Shown: positions 1 to 14,509 of the stretch, one piece after another
Layout: each line of letters starts with the position of its first letter
Position numbering within the stretch: the first letter of the stretch is position 1
NCBI RefSeq assembly: GCF_009914755.1
Contig: NC_060930.1
Origin: the human T2T-CHM13v2.0 reference genome, Homo sapiens
DNA: 64,000 bases
Reading direction: 5' to 3' (one strand)
The notes under the pieces: generated by a model
The model's input: only the letters and a program-made list of their open reading frames with translations
Database searches by the model: none
Told to the model about the DNA's origin: nothing
Program-made: the position numbers and the translations under genes

Positions 1-1459
1 TGAGATATTACTTAAAAGCCCTATTCAGCCAGTCTTTTCACCTGCAGGGGATATAGTGACATCCATAGTGATAGCCCTGATGTACTACTTGTATCTGGAA
101 GCCCTGAATCTATTTTTGTTACCAAAGCTTTGATTAAGGCACTGGTACAGAGGGGCTGAAAGGAGGAATTAAATACAGTTCCTGCCCTGAGGAAGGTGAG
201 ATAGGAAATAAAGGAACTCTCTCAGTATGAGAAGGGCCTCAGTGTCCCTGACAAGCCACATCAAGAGTCGAGCTTCCCAAACCATCTATGGGGAAATGCT
301 TTTTGTTTCTTTTTTTAAAATTTCTACTCCATCATGAATGAATACACTGTAAAATGCAATATAAAATACTAGTAATAAGGAAATTTTAAAGATACAAAAT
401 ACAAAGCTCTAATTTTTTATTATTAGATTCAACAGACATAAAATTAAGAGTAATAAAGAGTAACTAAGAGTAGTTTCTTGACACTTAGTCTCAATTTCTG
501 CACCTGTCTCTATGGCACTGCTAAAAACAGCTCTCAGATACATAGGACTCTGTGGGGCATGCTCTGAGTAGCACTGCGCTCTGGCTTCTCCCTCCTCACG
601 TGCAGCCTGAGGACCTGCAGTATAGGCATCACCTGGGGGCTTGTTAGAAAGGGAGGCCATAGAACTAGAAGCTCCCAGGTGACGCCTGTGCACATCAGTG
701 ACTGGGAGTTGTCAGCCTAAGGGTTGGTTGAGTCACTTTGTGGACAAGGAGAGCATCCTCTGCAACCAAAATCCATCCTCTTGTTCCTTGGAAGTGACAT
801 GAAGGGAGAACCTAATTTCTGTTGTCTTATGCCTTTCATTCTCCTTCAGCTTCTAATTCAGTCTCTCCTCCCTCCTCCCTGAATGATCCTCAGGCTCCTT
901 AAATGTGCAATGACACGGGTTCTGTCTCACCCCCACTCACCACAGTCTCTCCCCTAAACAGTCCCACACCCTCCCCAACTTCCAGCAGTGCCCTTCCCTG
1001 CATGTTTGTCCATGCTGCTTCTCACACCCAGACTTCCCTCTCAGTCCCCAGTCCATAATTCTCAGCAGCCTGCTGGACACCTCCACCTGCAGATGTCACC
1101 CGTTCCTCAGCAACCACAATCGAATCCACTGTTCCTAACCCTCACCACAGATGCTCTGTGCATTCCTTGTCTAATGGCTTCTCGACTGCACATCCCAGCC
1201 TCAAAGAGTCCTTGCCTCCCGGCTTTCCTCACACCCCACCTCTCATTGGTAACAAATTCCTGATTCCTGTCCCAAAGGGTCACTTTTCCTCTTTCCTAGT
1301 TTGTGACTTCTATGTGCATTTCTCTTTGCTTTTTTACCTCTCACTTTTTGATCTTTTCCTCTTGGGTCAACCTCCACAGTTACCTCTGAAAGTGCCAGTC
1401 TTTCGTTTCCCATAGAATTAAACCAGACTTCCTAGCAAGACAATCAATGCTTTTCCATG

Positions 1460-1660
1460 CTCTAACGCGTGGCTAACAGCATATACTCAGGATGTGCGTT
1501 CGAATCCTACTCCATCGCCCCATTGTGTGACCTAGGAAAAGTTAGTCTCTCTCTGCCTTGGTTTCCCATTTGTAAAATGGAGTAACAGTTCCTACCTCGG
1601 GATTTTTTTGAAGATTATTAACATCTTGCTATTGGAATAGCGCCTGGCAAAGAGTAGGAG
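1460..1660 (+). mobile_element. MIR SINE
   Basis: MIR core-like 'tgtgtgacct...tttcccatttgtaaaatggag...cctacctc'. Confidence 0.6.
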
Positions 1661-1889
1661 CTCTATAAATGGGAGCTCCTGGCATCATCCTCACTGTCAC
1701 CACTAGGCCCTGACCTGTTGCTTTGGTCCTCATATCCTATTAAACAAACTACTCTGTGTCCCTCATACTCTGGCCATATCAACTCTATTTTCGAGGCTGT
1801 TTTTTTCTCCATTTCCACACTGTGTGACTTCCACCTCCATAGCTTCTCCAGAGCCAGTTTCAGAGCCACTTCCTCCCTGAAGTATGTCC

Positions 1890-2680
<791 letters not shown>

Positions 2681-3010
2681 ACACAATGTGAAAGAAGCCT
2701 GCTGTGGTACTGAGCGTCGGGCTGTCACAAGGCACTGGAAGAAGGGAGCCTGCTGGTCCAGAGTGTGCGTGTGTATCGGTGTGTGTGTACACTTGCATGT
2801 GTGTGTGTGATCCAGTAGGATCCTAGAGACAACCTGTCATACTGTTTACAAAATTGTGCAGCTGGTTTCGTGCTGACCCTTAGGGTGCGTCTGTTGGGTT
2901 TTGTTGGGCTAGAAAAATGAAAATTTTTAGATGGCGTTTTCATTCCTCTGACTGATATTGAGCTGCTTTGGTGTTAAAGGTGTAATGTGTACAGAGTTGT
3001 ATTTAACAAT

Positions 3011-3016
3011 AATAAA
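3011..3016 (+). terminator. Proximal polyA signal of DCBLD1 (candidate)
   Basis: AATAAA preceded by several TGTA (CFIm-type) motifs and followed by T-rich sequence. Confidence 0.5.
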
Positions 3017-4017
3017 AGTAACTTAAGTTTGCTCTATCAGATTTTAGTTCTGCACAGAGGTTAAGTGGGAAAATGCAGCTGTTGCAAAATGTATATAAAT
3101 AGTATGTTCATTTTTTTCAGTATATTATCTGATACTGTGTTAGCAGCAGGTCTGCTTAAACCTAGTCTTGTTGTTATTGAGTCATTTCCTCTCCTTTGAT
3201 AACTAGAACTGAAAGCATTTTTAACATTCTTCTCCTGGAAGAAATGAATTACTTGAAGCATGAAAAGCACACCAGGGTGGTTGTTTATTTAGCAATTATG
3301 ACTGTAGATTTAAAAACAAGCAAAGAAACAACACCTCAGCAGCTGCCCGTTTCCTTAGTCTCCACTTCAGAGGGGGATGCGAAGAGGTCGGCCCAGCTCC
3401 GGTGACCATGAAGGTGGCACAGGAATTACAGTGTGAATGGCTGTGTCAGATGTTTTCGTACCTCAGATTAAAAATATTGCTGAGGTCAGACGCCACAATT
3501 TTCATGACTTTCTTCAGAAGTAGCACATTTTCGTGACTTCCGCTGTCCTCTGAAAAACAAAGTTATTTGGAACATGTTCATGCAAAAGTGATTCTGACCA
3601 AGTCTAAATCGAGCTTTTCTACTGACATGAAACTGTTGGAAACTGATCTCATTTTATAAGAAATGATTTTCCCCTCAAGGAGGCGTCTGTAATTCCAGAA
3701 CAGTCCAGACATCAGCTGTACCTCATGCTCAGTAGTTTTTATTTGAGTTTCTTTTGTGAGTTAACTATGGGAGATTTAACCTCTTTTGCCAAAGAGGGAA
3801 GTGTGTGTGTTTTTTTAATAGAAAATATGGACCAAAAATTTTTTTCCCTGAAGAATGTATTATAACCCTATTTGTGTGGTTATTACATCCTGTGAAATGT
3901 ATATATGTTAAAATAATGGGGGTGCTGGAAGGTCATGGCAGACTAGCTGCTGGTTAGTGTGGAGGGGAAGTGGTTTACTTTGTAGAGTTTACATGGTTTT
4001 ATGCGCACACTAATTGT

Positions 4018-4023
4018 AATAAA
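4018..4023 (+). terminator. Distal polyA signal of DCBLD1
   Basis: AATAAA with upstream TGTA motifs at the end of the UTR-like block. Confidence 0.7.
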
Positions 4024-5590
4024 CTATGCCAAACCAAACTGCCCCTGACTCTCACTAGTCAGCCCTGCTCGCTGGGGTGTTAGAGGCACTCAAGGTTCAG
4101 CTTCTGTAAAAAGGCAGGTGCCACAGTGGAAAGAGAAAGAGCTTGGTGCCAGATTAGGCCAGACCCCAATCTACCACAGAAGAGAAGTCTGGCTGCTTCT
4201 ATAATGATGAGACTCGGTTTCCTCATGTTTGAAAATGGTGTTGTCGTGCTTTCTTCCTCCAAAACTTACTGATAAAAATTAGTTGGAACATTTATCAAAG
4301 TGTTGTCTATAGTAGGTCCTTTTTTCTAATGTAAGCCTTCAGTGGGCTGTTTACAGAATTTTAATATTGGAATATTAGACCATAAGCATAGGCCTAGATC
4401 TACAGCCCTTCTTTACAATAGAGCTGTCTTCATCTATCACAGTTCTTCTGCGGCACTAGTGATCTAATCATGACCAGTGGGAGAACAGGACTTTTTTTTT
4501 TGGATCATCACTTCCTCAGGGTAGACTCTGTAGAACAGGTTGGGTGAGTGGAAAGGTCTGATAAACCCTACACAGCTAAACCTAAACTAGAGGATAAGGG
4601 CAGAAAAATTTTACATCTTTCTTTTCTGGTGTTTTGCAATATCAGCATATATGATAAGGCGTGAATGAGACAATTCTAATTGTCTGACTTATGTTATCAA
4701 ATCCTACTGGGAGGCAAAGATTGTATTCTGCCACTTCTTAAATTTGCGGTTGAAACACATTTGCTATGACAAGCAAGACTACACTTACACAGGCTCCTGA
4801 AGCTTTGCTCTGGGTTTTATTATTGTTATTTAAATGTTCATTAACGTTTACAGTCAGCCTAGAAAATAGAAAGGATGTGAGAGATTGTTTTGTGTTTATT
4901 TTATACTGCTTTGAATTCTTAACATGAAATCACATTTGTAGGCACAACTGTATATACCATGAATAGCTATGAGACCTTTCCCCACTCTGACCAGTCACAG
5001 CAGTCCAAGTGTGGCCACCGGGTTGACCTCACTATTCCTAAAATGCTTATCTTGCATTCATGCACGTACCAAATAGTTATTGAGGTTCTGAGAGCAGTGT
5101 TTACCCTGTACTTTCTTGAGTTGAAAGAGAATGCCTAGTCTCTCCCCCAGATCTGAGAGCAGTTGAATCCCTCCAATGAGAAGCTAGGGTGAATACAAAC
5201 ACCCCAACCTGCAAGTATTTCCTGCCCAAAACACAGCCCATGCAGTCACCCCATGCCACATTGCACACCCACCCACACTGCTGTGTTCACATCCCACTAC
5301 AGATCCCCTGTCTCCCACTGATCTTGCTCCCAGCCTCTCCTTGTTCTGGGATAAATTCCCCTAGGGGCTTTAAAGGTTTTTATTTTGTCTTTGGTATTCT
5401 GCAATTTTACTACTATGTATTGAGCTATGAATTTGTTTCTGTTCACATTGCTCAGGACTTGTGCCTCTTGAATCTTAGCATTTATCAACTATGAAAATGA
5501 TCAGCCCTTTTTTTTGGTTGTTTTCTTTATTTTCTCCTGGAAATCCTATTGGATGCTCATTAGAGCTTCTCATCCTATCTTTGATTCTGA

Positions 5591-5914
<324 letters not shown>

Positions 5915-6084
5915 TTCCCTTTATTTCTTAAGACATTAGCTAGGCCTTGTGAAGAATTCTGATTTATTTGGTCTGACATTCCTAGGAATTCATAATAGAC
6001 AGGTTTTCTTCTTATTTAGTCCGCCGTCTTGCTGGAATGATGCCTCCCCAACAGGTACAAGAAAGCATATTTATTAAAATATCA

Positions 6085-6380
6085 GGCCAGGCACGGTGTA
6101 TCACACATCCCAGCACTTTAAGAGTCTGAGGCAGGTTGATAGCTTGAGCCCAGAAGTTTGGGGCCAACCTGGGCAATGTAGTGAGACCTCCTCTCTACAA
6201 AAAAAAAATTAAATTAGCCAGTTGTAGTGGTGCAAGCCTGTAGTCCTAGTTACTGGGGAGGCGGGAGGATCACTTGAGCCCAGACGGTGGAGGTTGCAGT
6301 AAGCCAAGATCACGCCACGGCACTCCAGCCTGGGCAACAGAGCAAGACCATGTTTTTGTTGTTGTTGTTGTTTTTTAAAA
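6085..6380 (+). mobile_element. AluJ-like SINE
   Basis: Diverged dimer with J-type 'gggaggatcacttgagccc'. Confidence 0.85.
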
Positions 6381-8069
6381 AGAGAAAATAGCACAGGTTT
6401 AGAACCATACAGAACTTGGGTTTAACTGGAGATTTAATCTTTGTAACTATGTGATTACAGGCATATTACTGGTGCTTTCTAAATCTACTTCTTTATTCCC
6501 AGAATGGAAATTATTATAAAAGGGCTGTTGTGCAGACTATATTATAGTGTTTTGTATACATTAGATGATCGATCAATATTAGCTCATTTTCTCTCTGCCC
6601 AATCTGAAGTCATCCAACACCATTTGCCTTAGAGTCCTTTTTATTTTTCAAGAGGAGGCTGCCTGTCCTCCCAACAAATGCACTTAACTGTGGCACACAC
6701 CCTCCTCCCAACAGACTACTTCCACATCCTTTTTTACTTTTTCACCACCATTCAAAGCTCTCCCTTTTTTTCTCACCTAGCTCTACCACCTTTTTCTTTT
6801 TGCTGTGACACCTAATATCTTCCAGGCCACTTTTTTCCATTCATTGAGGACATTCACCTAATTCTAGGTCTTCTTCATTCCTCCTTTGTAATCATGCTAG
6901 AGAATGAAGTGCCCAACATGGTCATTTTTATGGTTTCTTGACTTCCACTCTAGTAACCTGCTTTCCATTTAAACCACTCCCACACATGTCCACATTCTTG
7001 TCATCAGCAAGAACCCCAGCACTGTAAACCTAATCTCCAGCAATTCTCTATCAGCTCAAAACCCCCTGAGTTCTTCAGCTTTCCACCTACTTAGTCACTG
7101 ATCTCATTTAGATACCAAACCCCTAGATCCCATCATTTTCCTCTAGTTGTTAATCCTTTTGGGTTGCATTTCCTTCCCTATCCATCATCGAACTGGTTTG
7201 TCTCAGCATTTTCACTCCATTTTCTTTCCAGGAGCCCCGAACCATGAGACCCCAACAACATAATTCCCCTTGAGAATACCATCTCTCCATCTTCATCACA
7301 GCAGCAGGGGAACATTGCAGAACTATTCACGCTGTGGCTGTTACAAAAGCTCGGTTTCCAGTTTACTGGGGGCCCATCACTCCTCAACGCTTTTATTTAT
7401 CTTTGATCCCTTTTTCCGTACCCCTTAGCAATTATTCCAAAGCAGTGCCACTTTTCACACTCTCCCTTACTCTGATCTTGCCACTTCCTTCACCTAAAAA
7501 TAAAAGTCGTTAAAATCAGAACTAACTTCCTGCTGATTCCTCTTCTCACAAAACCTGTATCCACTTCATTCCTTTCCTCCTTCCTTCCTGTGTCAATGGA
7601 AAAAGTGTTAGAAACCTTCATCTGTGATCTTAAATCCCACTGCCTTCCCCTTATCTCTTTGCTCCTATTATCCCTTTTTCCTTTATCTTCTTCTTCCTTT
7701 CATTGGAGGTCTCCCCCTCAGCCTTTAAACTTCCTCAAATCTCTCCCAAGTATAAAGAATTCTCCCTTAATATACTAAGCCCTTCTAATTACCTATTGTC
7801 TTTCTTCGAACAGTGATCTCTTCTTGGAATTTTTGTCTGCCTTATTTCCATTCATTCTTTTTCTAATGTAGTTTTTAGTCAGTTATATAGGTACACAAAA
7901 CGTAGTATCCCTTTCCATTTGTTCAAGCCCCTTTTGCATCCTTTCAGGGGATTTTAAAGGGTGCTCACATAAGTACTGCACATTTTTTGTTTAATTTGTA
8001 CTTAGGTGTTTTTTTTGTTGTTGCTGCCATTGTAAATTGTCCCCACCTCCTCTTTTATGTATCAAGAAC

Positions 8070-8310
8070 TAGTATGGCCTAGTGGTAAAAAGCATGGATT
8101 CTGGGGCTTAGACTCCCTGGGCTCAAATTCTGCCTTAGTTGTGACCAAGAAGGACTTACTTTCTATGACTCCATTTCCTTATTTCTAAATGGAGATAATA
8201 ATGGTATATACCTTATAGGGTTGTGGTGAAGATTACAAGGATTAATGTACATAAAACCCTTACAACAGTGTCTGACCCATGATAAGTGCCACGTGGTGTT
8301 AGCTATTATA
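8070..8310 (+). mobile_element. MIR SINE
   Basis: 'tttccttatttctaaatggagataataatggta...ataagtg...ttagctatta'. Confidence 0.65.
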
Positions 8311-8849
8311 TGCAGCCTTCCTGTTCGATTTCTGTGACTAATTTGTATGCTGCTCCTTTACTAAATGTCCTTATTATTCCTAGTAGCTTTTAGTTGATTC
8401 TCTTAGGTTTTTCTGGAATTTGATCACGTTTGCAAATAGTGCTAGTGCTATCTCCTTTCCAATATTTATGTGTACATTTAATTCTATTGGCAATACTTCC
8501 AGTACCATATTAAATACTTCTAGTAGCTCCCACCTTAGCATGATGCTGGCTTTTAGGCAGAGATAGATTTATTATGTTGAGGTAAACTTTATTATGTTAA
8601 GAAAGCATCTATTTATTCCTTTTTTTCCCCCTCACAAGGAATGTGCTTAATTTTGAGCAAAGTCTTTTCAGCATCTATGGAAAATATGATTTTCCTCCAT
8701 AGGACTCCTCCCTAGAGCCAGTCAGATGATTAATTACATAATTAGATGTCCCAATGTTAAACATCTGGTTATAGATATGAATCCATTACTGTATTAAATT
8801 TGCATGGATAGGATTTTACTTAGGATTTTTACATTAATATTCATTTGTG

Positions 8850-9215
<366 letters not shown>

Positions 9216-9696
9216 TTAGAATTTTTCTTCCCTTTTTTGGTTCTCTTGCTAGGCATTAGAATTAGCTGTTGTTTGAACGTTTAGTAGCATTGCCCTGTGA
9301 AATCATGTATTTTGGTAATTTGTGGGGAGAGCACTTTGACAATTCCTTCAATTTTTCCTATGGAAATTGGTTTGTTTAGATTTTAAAACTTCCTTGGGAA
9401 CAGTTTTGGTAAATTACATTTTCCTAGAAAAGTTTTCAAATTTATTCCTATAGAATTGAACAAAGTAGTCCATTATTATCCTTTTAGTTTTCTCTTTTAT
9501 GGGTATTTCTCTCTTATTTCTTGTTTTGTATATTTGCATTTACTCCCTTTTTTCATGACTAGTTTAGTCAGCAGTTTGCCTTTTTCCTCTGAAAAATCAG
9601 GGTTTTTTTTTGTAGTTCTCCTGTTTCAGAAGCCAACAACCCATTTGTTACTGCCTTAGGCAGAGGTTAAAAATGCCCTCAACCATGGTGAACATG

Positions 9697-9710
9697 ACAG
9701 TAGAGGGCAC
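9697..9710 (+). promoter_or_regulatory. CTCF-like motif
   Basis: ACAGTAGAGGGCAC matches CCASYAGRKGGCRS at 13/14. Confidence 0.45.
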
Positions 9711-10321
9711 CTAGTGAGCATGACACATCCTCAAATGTCACAAAAGGACACAAATATCCTTGTTGCAGTATTGCTTCCTAAAGAATATGGGGACAGTATG
9801 CACACAAGCAAGAAATAACTTATTCCGTATTTGGTGGGGGCAGGGGAATGCTATAGTCTTGACGATCTAGAATTCTACTATGTAACTCTAGGAGTTCTCT
9901 CATTCTATAGTCACTCCACTACAGCCAAACAGTTTCTTGTGAAATTCAAACCCAGCACAATCATCATTTTTAGAAATCAAAACTGTATCAAGCCAAGGGT
10001 CCATCAAACCGTGCACCTTTTAAGAAAAATTTAGAAAAATTCTACTGCAGTTGGCAAGCATGGAAAAAATAAAAATAATTGTTGGAATAGGAGGACTGAA
10101 AGCTGACAATTTTATCTATATTTCCCCTTTCCTTCTTTGTGGCCTATTAAAGTAGAATTAAGAGAGGGATTTGAGTCTTGGCTCAGACACTTAACTAGCT
10201 GTGTGACCCTGGAAAAATCAGCCTTCAATTTATTGATCTTCACAGGAGTATTTTATTTGATGAGTTTCAAAAAGCCTTACACCGCTAATAAAAGTAAAAT
10301 TAATAATGCATCTGGAATCTG

Positions 10322-10335
10322 CTGCCCCCTGCTGG
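10322..10335 (-). promoter_or_regulatory. CTCF core motif
   Basis: Minus strand CCAGCAGGGGGCAG matches CCASYAGRKGGCRS at 14/14. Confidence 0.65.
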
Positions 10336-10444
10336 CAATTTACCAAATTGCAAATTCTACCTTTCCAACGCATAGACTCCAAGTTTTAGTGTCGGCCTAT
10401 ATTTTATCTAATTTTCCTTGTTATAGTCCATTACCTATCTTCCT

Positions 10445-11280
10445 TTTTTAAAATATATTTTTATCTTTATAGGTTTAGGGGGTAGAAGTGCAGGTTTTGT
10501 ACATGCATATATTGCGTAGTGGTGGAGTTTGGGCTTTTAGTGTAACCATCACCTGAATACTGAACATTATACCCAATAGGTAATTTTTCAACCCTCACCC
10601 ACCTCCCACCTTCCTATCTTCTGTAGTCTCCAACGTCTATTATTCCACTCTATATATGTCCATGTGTACCCTTTATTTAGCTCCCACTTATAAGTGAGAA
10701 CATGTGGTAGTAAACTTTGTTTCTGAGTTAGTTCACTTAAGATAATGGTCTTCAGTTCCATCCATGTTGCTGCAAGACATGATTTCATTCCTTTTTTCAT
10801 GGCTGAATAGTATTCAATGGTATATATTTACCACATTTTCTTTATCCAGTCATCCATTGATGGACACTTAGGTTGATTCCATACATATCTTTGCTATTGT
10901 GAATAGTGCTGTGATAAACATACGAGTGCCAGTATCTTTTCAATATAATTTCTTTCTTTCTTTGGGTATATGCCCAGTAGTGGGGTTGCTGGATCAAATG
11001 GTAGTTCTATTTTTAGTTCTTTGAGAAATCTCTATACTGTTTTCCGTAAAGGTTGTACTAATTTACATTCCCACCAACGGTGTAAGTGCTCCCTTTACTC
11101 TGTAGCCTCCCCAACATCTGTTTCTTGACTTTTTAATAATGGCCATTCTGATTGGTGTAAGATGATATCTCATTGTGGTTTTAATTTGCATTTCTCTGAT
11201 TAGTGATGTTGAACTTTTTTTTTCATGTTTATCATCCACTTGTATGTTTTCTTTTGAAAAATCTCTGTTTTTTGCTCACT
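10445..11280 (-). mobile_element. L1 3' fragment (L1PB/L1MA-type)
   Basis: ORF 10588..10800 resembles the L1 ORF2 C-terminus (AATWMELKTIILSELTQ); L1 3' UTR sequence. Confidence 0.88.
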
Positions 11281-11727
11281 TTTTATCTTCTTACTTAGAC
11301 GCCAGAGGTATTTCTTTTACAACCAAATGCCCTCTTAAAACTTTAAATCAAGCTTGTTGTTCAAATCTTCCTTCTTTCCTAATTTCCCTGAAAGTTTTGT
11401 TGCAATCTCCCACTATGATGATAGATTTAACATTGTAGTAAATTGGTTCTTTAAGAATTTAAGTAACCTTTATCCCTAATGGTTTTTTTCTTAAAGTCTG
11501 TTTTTAAAAAATATAACTGTATCCATGTTCTTTTGGAGAAAATATGCCCAGTGTATATTCTTTCTCCTTTCACTTTCAAATTTTTTATGTCCTTATGTTT
11601 TAGGTATGTTCCTTTTAAACAACATATTGCTGGATTTTTTCCAATTTAAATAAAATGTTTTCTAATTTCAGTTCTTTCTTTTAATAAGTTTACACCCTGA
11701 TCAAGCACTCTCAAAAGTCAATTCCAG

Positions 11728-12020
<293 letters not shown>

Positions 12021-12724
12021 ATATAAAATTCAGTTCTAGGAGTACTCCTTTGGTTTTTGCCAGAATGTGCTAGCTAATTCTTACACTTTTTGTGTAGTTT
12101 CTTTTCTCCTTTATCAGGCCCAGCACATCTCCCATCCTGGCTTTACTAGGATTTAGCCCTAGTTACAGGCCTGGCAGCAGACTAGGTAGGGGCAGGTATT
12201 GCCTTAGGGATGTGGTTAGTAGCAGCCTCTGTAACATCTTGGAGCATAGACAAGGTACAAGGTCTTATTAGAGAAGCGTGGGCTTCTTCTTAAGACCAAC
12301 AGTCCAGTAGAGATTGCAAAGTCTCTCAGGTGCAGCCATCCAGATCTCCCCATGGTTCTAGGTTTTCCTCACCAGGGCCTTGACTTTCACAAAATAGAAG
12401 AGGTTTCGCTGAACATTCAAGTGTCTGAAACTCAGCAACTCTTAACACTTAGGTGTTCAGCCTGAAGCTCAGCTGTTTCAATCCCTCCATTGTAGGAGGT
12501 AAGGCCTCCTTGGGAGCTGCCCCCCTCCATCCATTTCTGTAGGTCATTAATACAATCCTGCTGTAACCGGCCAACTCTGCTATTCTTGTAGATGTTGTTC
12601 TCCCACATTTTTCAAATGTCTGCATCACTGACCCTCCTGGAGAGTTCCCCTCTCCATAAGCTGGATTTTTTCCAATTTAATAATTTTTTCCAATTTAAAT
12701 AAAATGTTTTCCAATTTCAGTCCC

Positions 12725-13260
12725 GAGTCTCCAAAACTCTCCCCAAGTTGAGTGGTTTGCTAGGACTCATCAGACTAAGCAAAGCTTTATTCACAATTAT
12801 GATTTATTACAGAGAATATAAAGCAAAATGAGGAAAGGGAAAAGGCATATGGGCACAGTCCCAAGAAAATCAGGTACAAGCTCCAAGATTCATTTCCCAA
12901 TGGAGTCACACAGGACATGCTTAATTCCTCTAGCAATAATGTGTAACAATACATCAAGTGTTGTCCACCTAGGAAGCTTGCCTGACTGAACCTAGGAGTC
13001 AAGGTTTTAGGGAAGTCAGTGTAGGTACCCTCTGCCTAGCATGTACCAAAATTCTAGATTCCCAGAGGAAAGTAAGTGTTCAACAAAAATCCTACTGTTT
13101 GTACAAACACTTCAGGCACAGTAAACCGCACTTACCAGCAAGGGGATAATGGGAATACTCCTGATATCCAAATTGCTGGACGCTAGCCAAGGTCCAACCT
13201 TGCAAGCAGACCTAAAGACAACAGGTTCAGGCCTGTTCTGTTAACTCTTTTCTGCACACC
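12725..13260. mobile_element. MER21-like LTR fragment
   Basis: 'ttgctaggactca...atggagtcacacaggacatgcttaattcctc' resembles MER21. Confidence 0.55.
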
Positions 13261-13407
13261 ATTTGTGAAATAGCCACTGAGCCATGATTTTGTGCCAACG
13301 ACTAGATAAACTATACTCACCAACCAGATGTCACTGTCTTTACCCTTTGGGTGGGTTCCTAATGCCCATCTTATTACCTGTTTCCTCAAATCTCACTCAT
13401 GGTCACT

Positions 13408-13850
13408 TGTGTTAGTCTAGCCTCTCTAAGAAGCAGACGCCAACACCAAAAAGGGATCTGCTGTGCAACAGATTTATTAACGGCAATGCCAGTGAGGAAA
13501 AATAGGTAGGAAGCTGGAGTTGATTGGAGGCTGGAAGGCAATGAGATCACAATGGAGTTAAGACCCAAGGTGAATGAAAGGAGGAAGGAAGGTTGGGTGA
13601 AAGCAACTTGGACTACAATGTAATCCTAAGGGAGTTTGGCAAGACCATCGTGGAGTGCTCCAGCTAAAGTTGAGGAGTCATCATATAATATCCCTGTCAT
13701 AATCAGTCACTGACTGGCAGCAGCATGGAGGAGCATAGCCTCACCATGTACACAGGGATGGATTTCAGACCGCAGCAGCTGGGCCTTCAGTAAGCTATGC
13801 TCCCTCCTGCACGAGAACTGACAGATGCATTCTCATGGCTGCTGCCGTGG
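13408..13850. mobile_element. Old ERVL LTR (LTR16-like)
   Basis: 'aagcagacgccaacacc...agatttatt...gccagtgagg' pattern. Confidence 0.45.
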
Positions 13851-14509
13851 TGATTATAGCTCTCAAATCACACCTGAAAAAGGTTCATTATTGAACAAAT
13901 ATTCAGCACCAACAGTGCACGGTAATTTGCAATACTTTTAAAGTGTTTCTTTAAGGTTAGTTATAAAACCACCTAAAATAAAATACTGATTAACAATGAA
14001 AATACAAGTTCTCTTTAAAATTTCATAAACTGACCAAAAAAAAATTCATAAATTGACCAATATCCTATGGGGTTGTATTCTGGGGAAAAGACTTCTTTTC
14101 AAATCACTTGGTGAATTGGGAGCTTAAATCAACACACGGAAAGCATATATGTATTAGCACTAAATCAAGGTTAGTCAGTGACAAAAATGTATTTCTAATG
14201 TTCATAACATTTCTAAATGTTCATAACTCAAGTAATTCATTTACAAGTATTTTCCAAAAATTATTTTACATATAACTTAGGAACTTCTAAATCATATATA
14301 CTTAGATGTCAAAATGGAAGAATACCCTTTTAAATAGTATCTTAAAAACAGGATTGATTTTCTAACTTTCATCAATGTTTTCCTCATAGATAACAACAGC
14401 TGGCAATATTTATAACACAAAATTAAGCCAAGTCCTTTGCACAGACTTTATGACATGTTGGTACAAATAATAGAACTACTAGAAATAAATAACAAGCCAA
14501 AATATTTAA

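Larger units (their letters stand above)
2681..4040 (+). other. DCBLD1: DCBLD1 3' UTR
   Basis: Repeat-free U/GU-rich sequence after the stop codon, ending shortly after AATAAA 4018-4023; end approximate. Confidence 0.75.
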
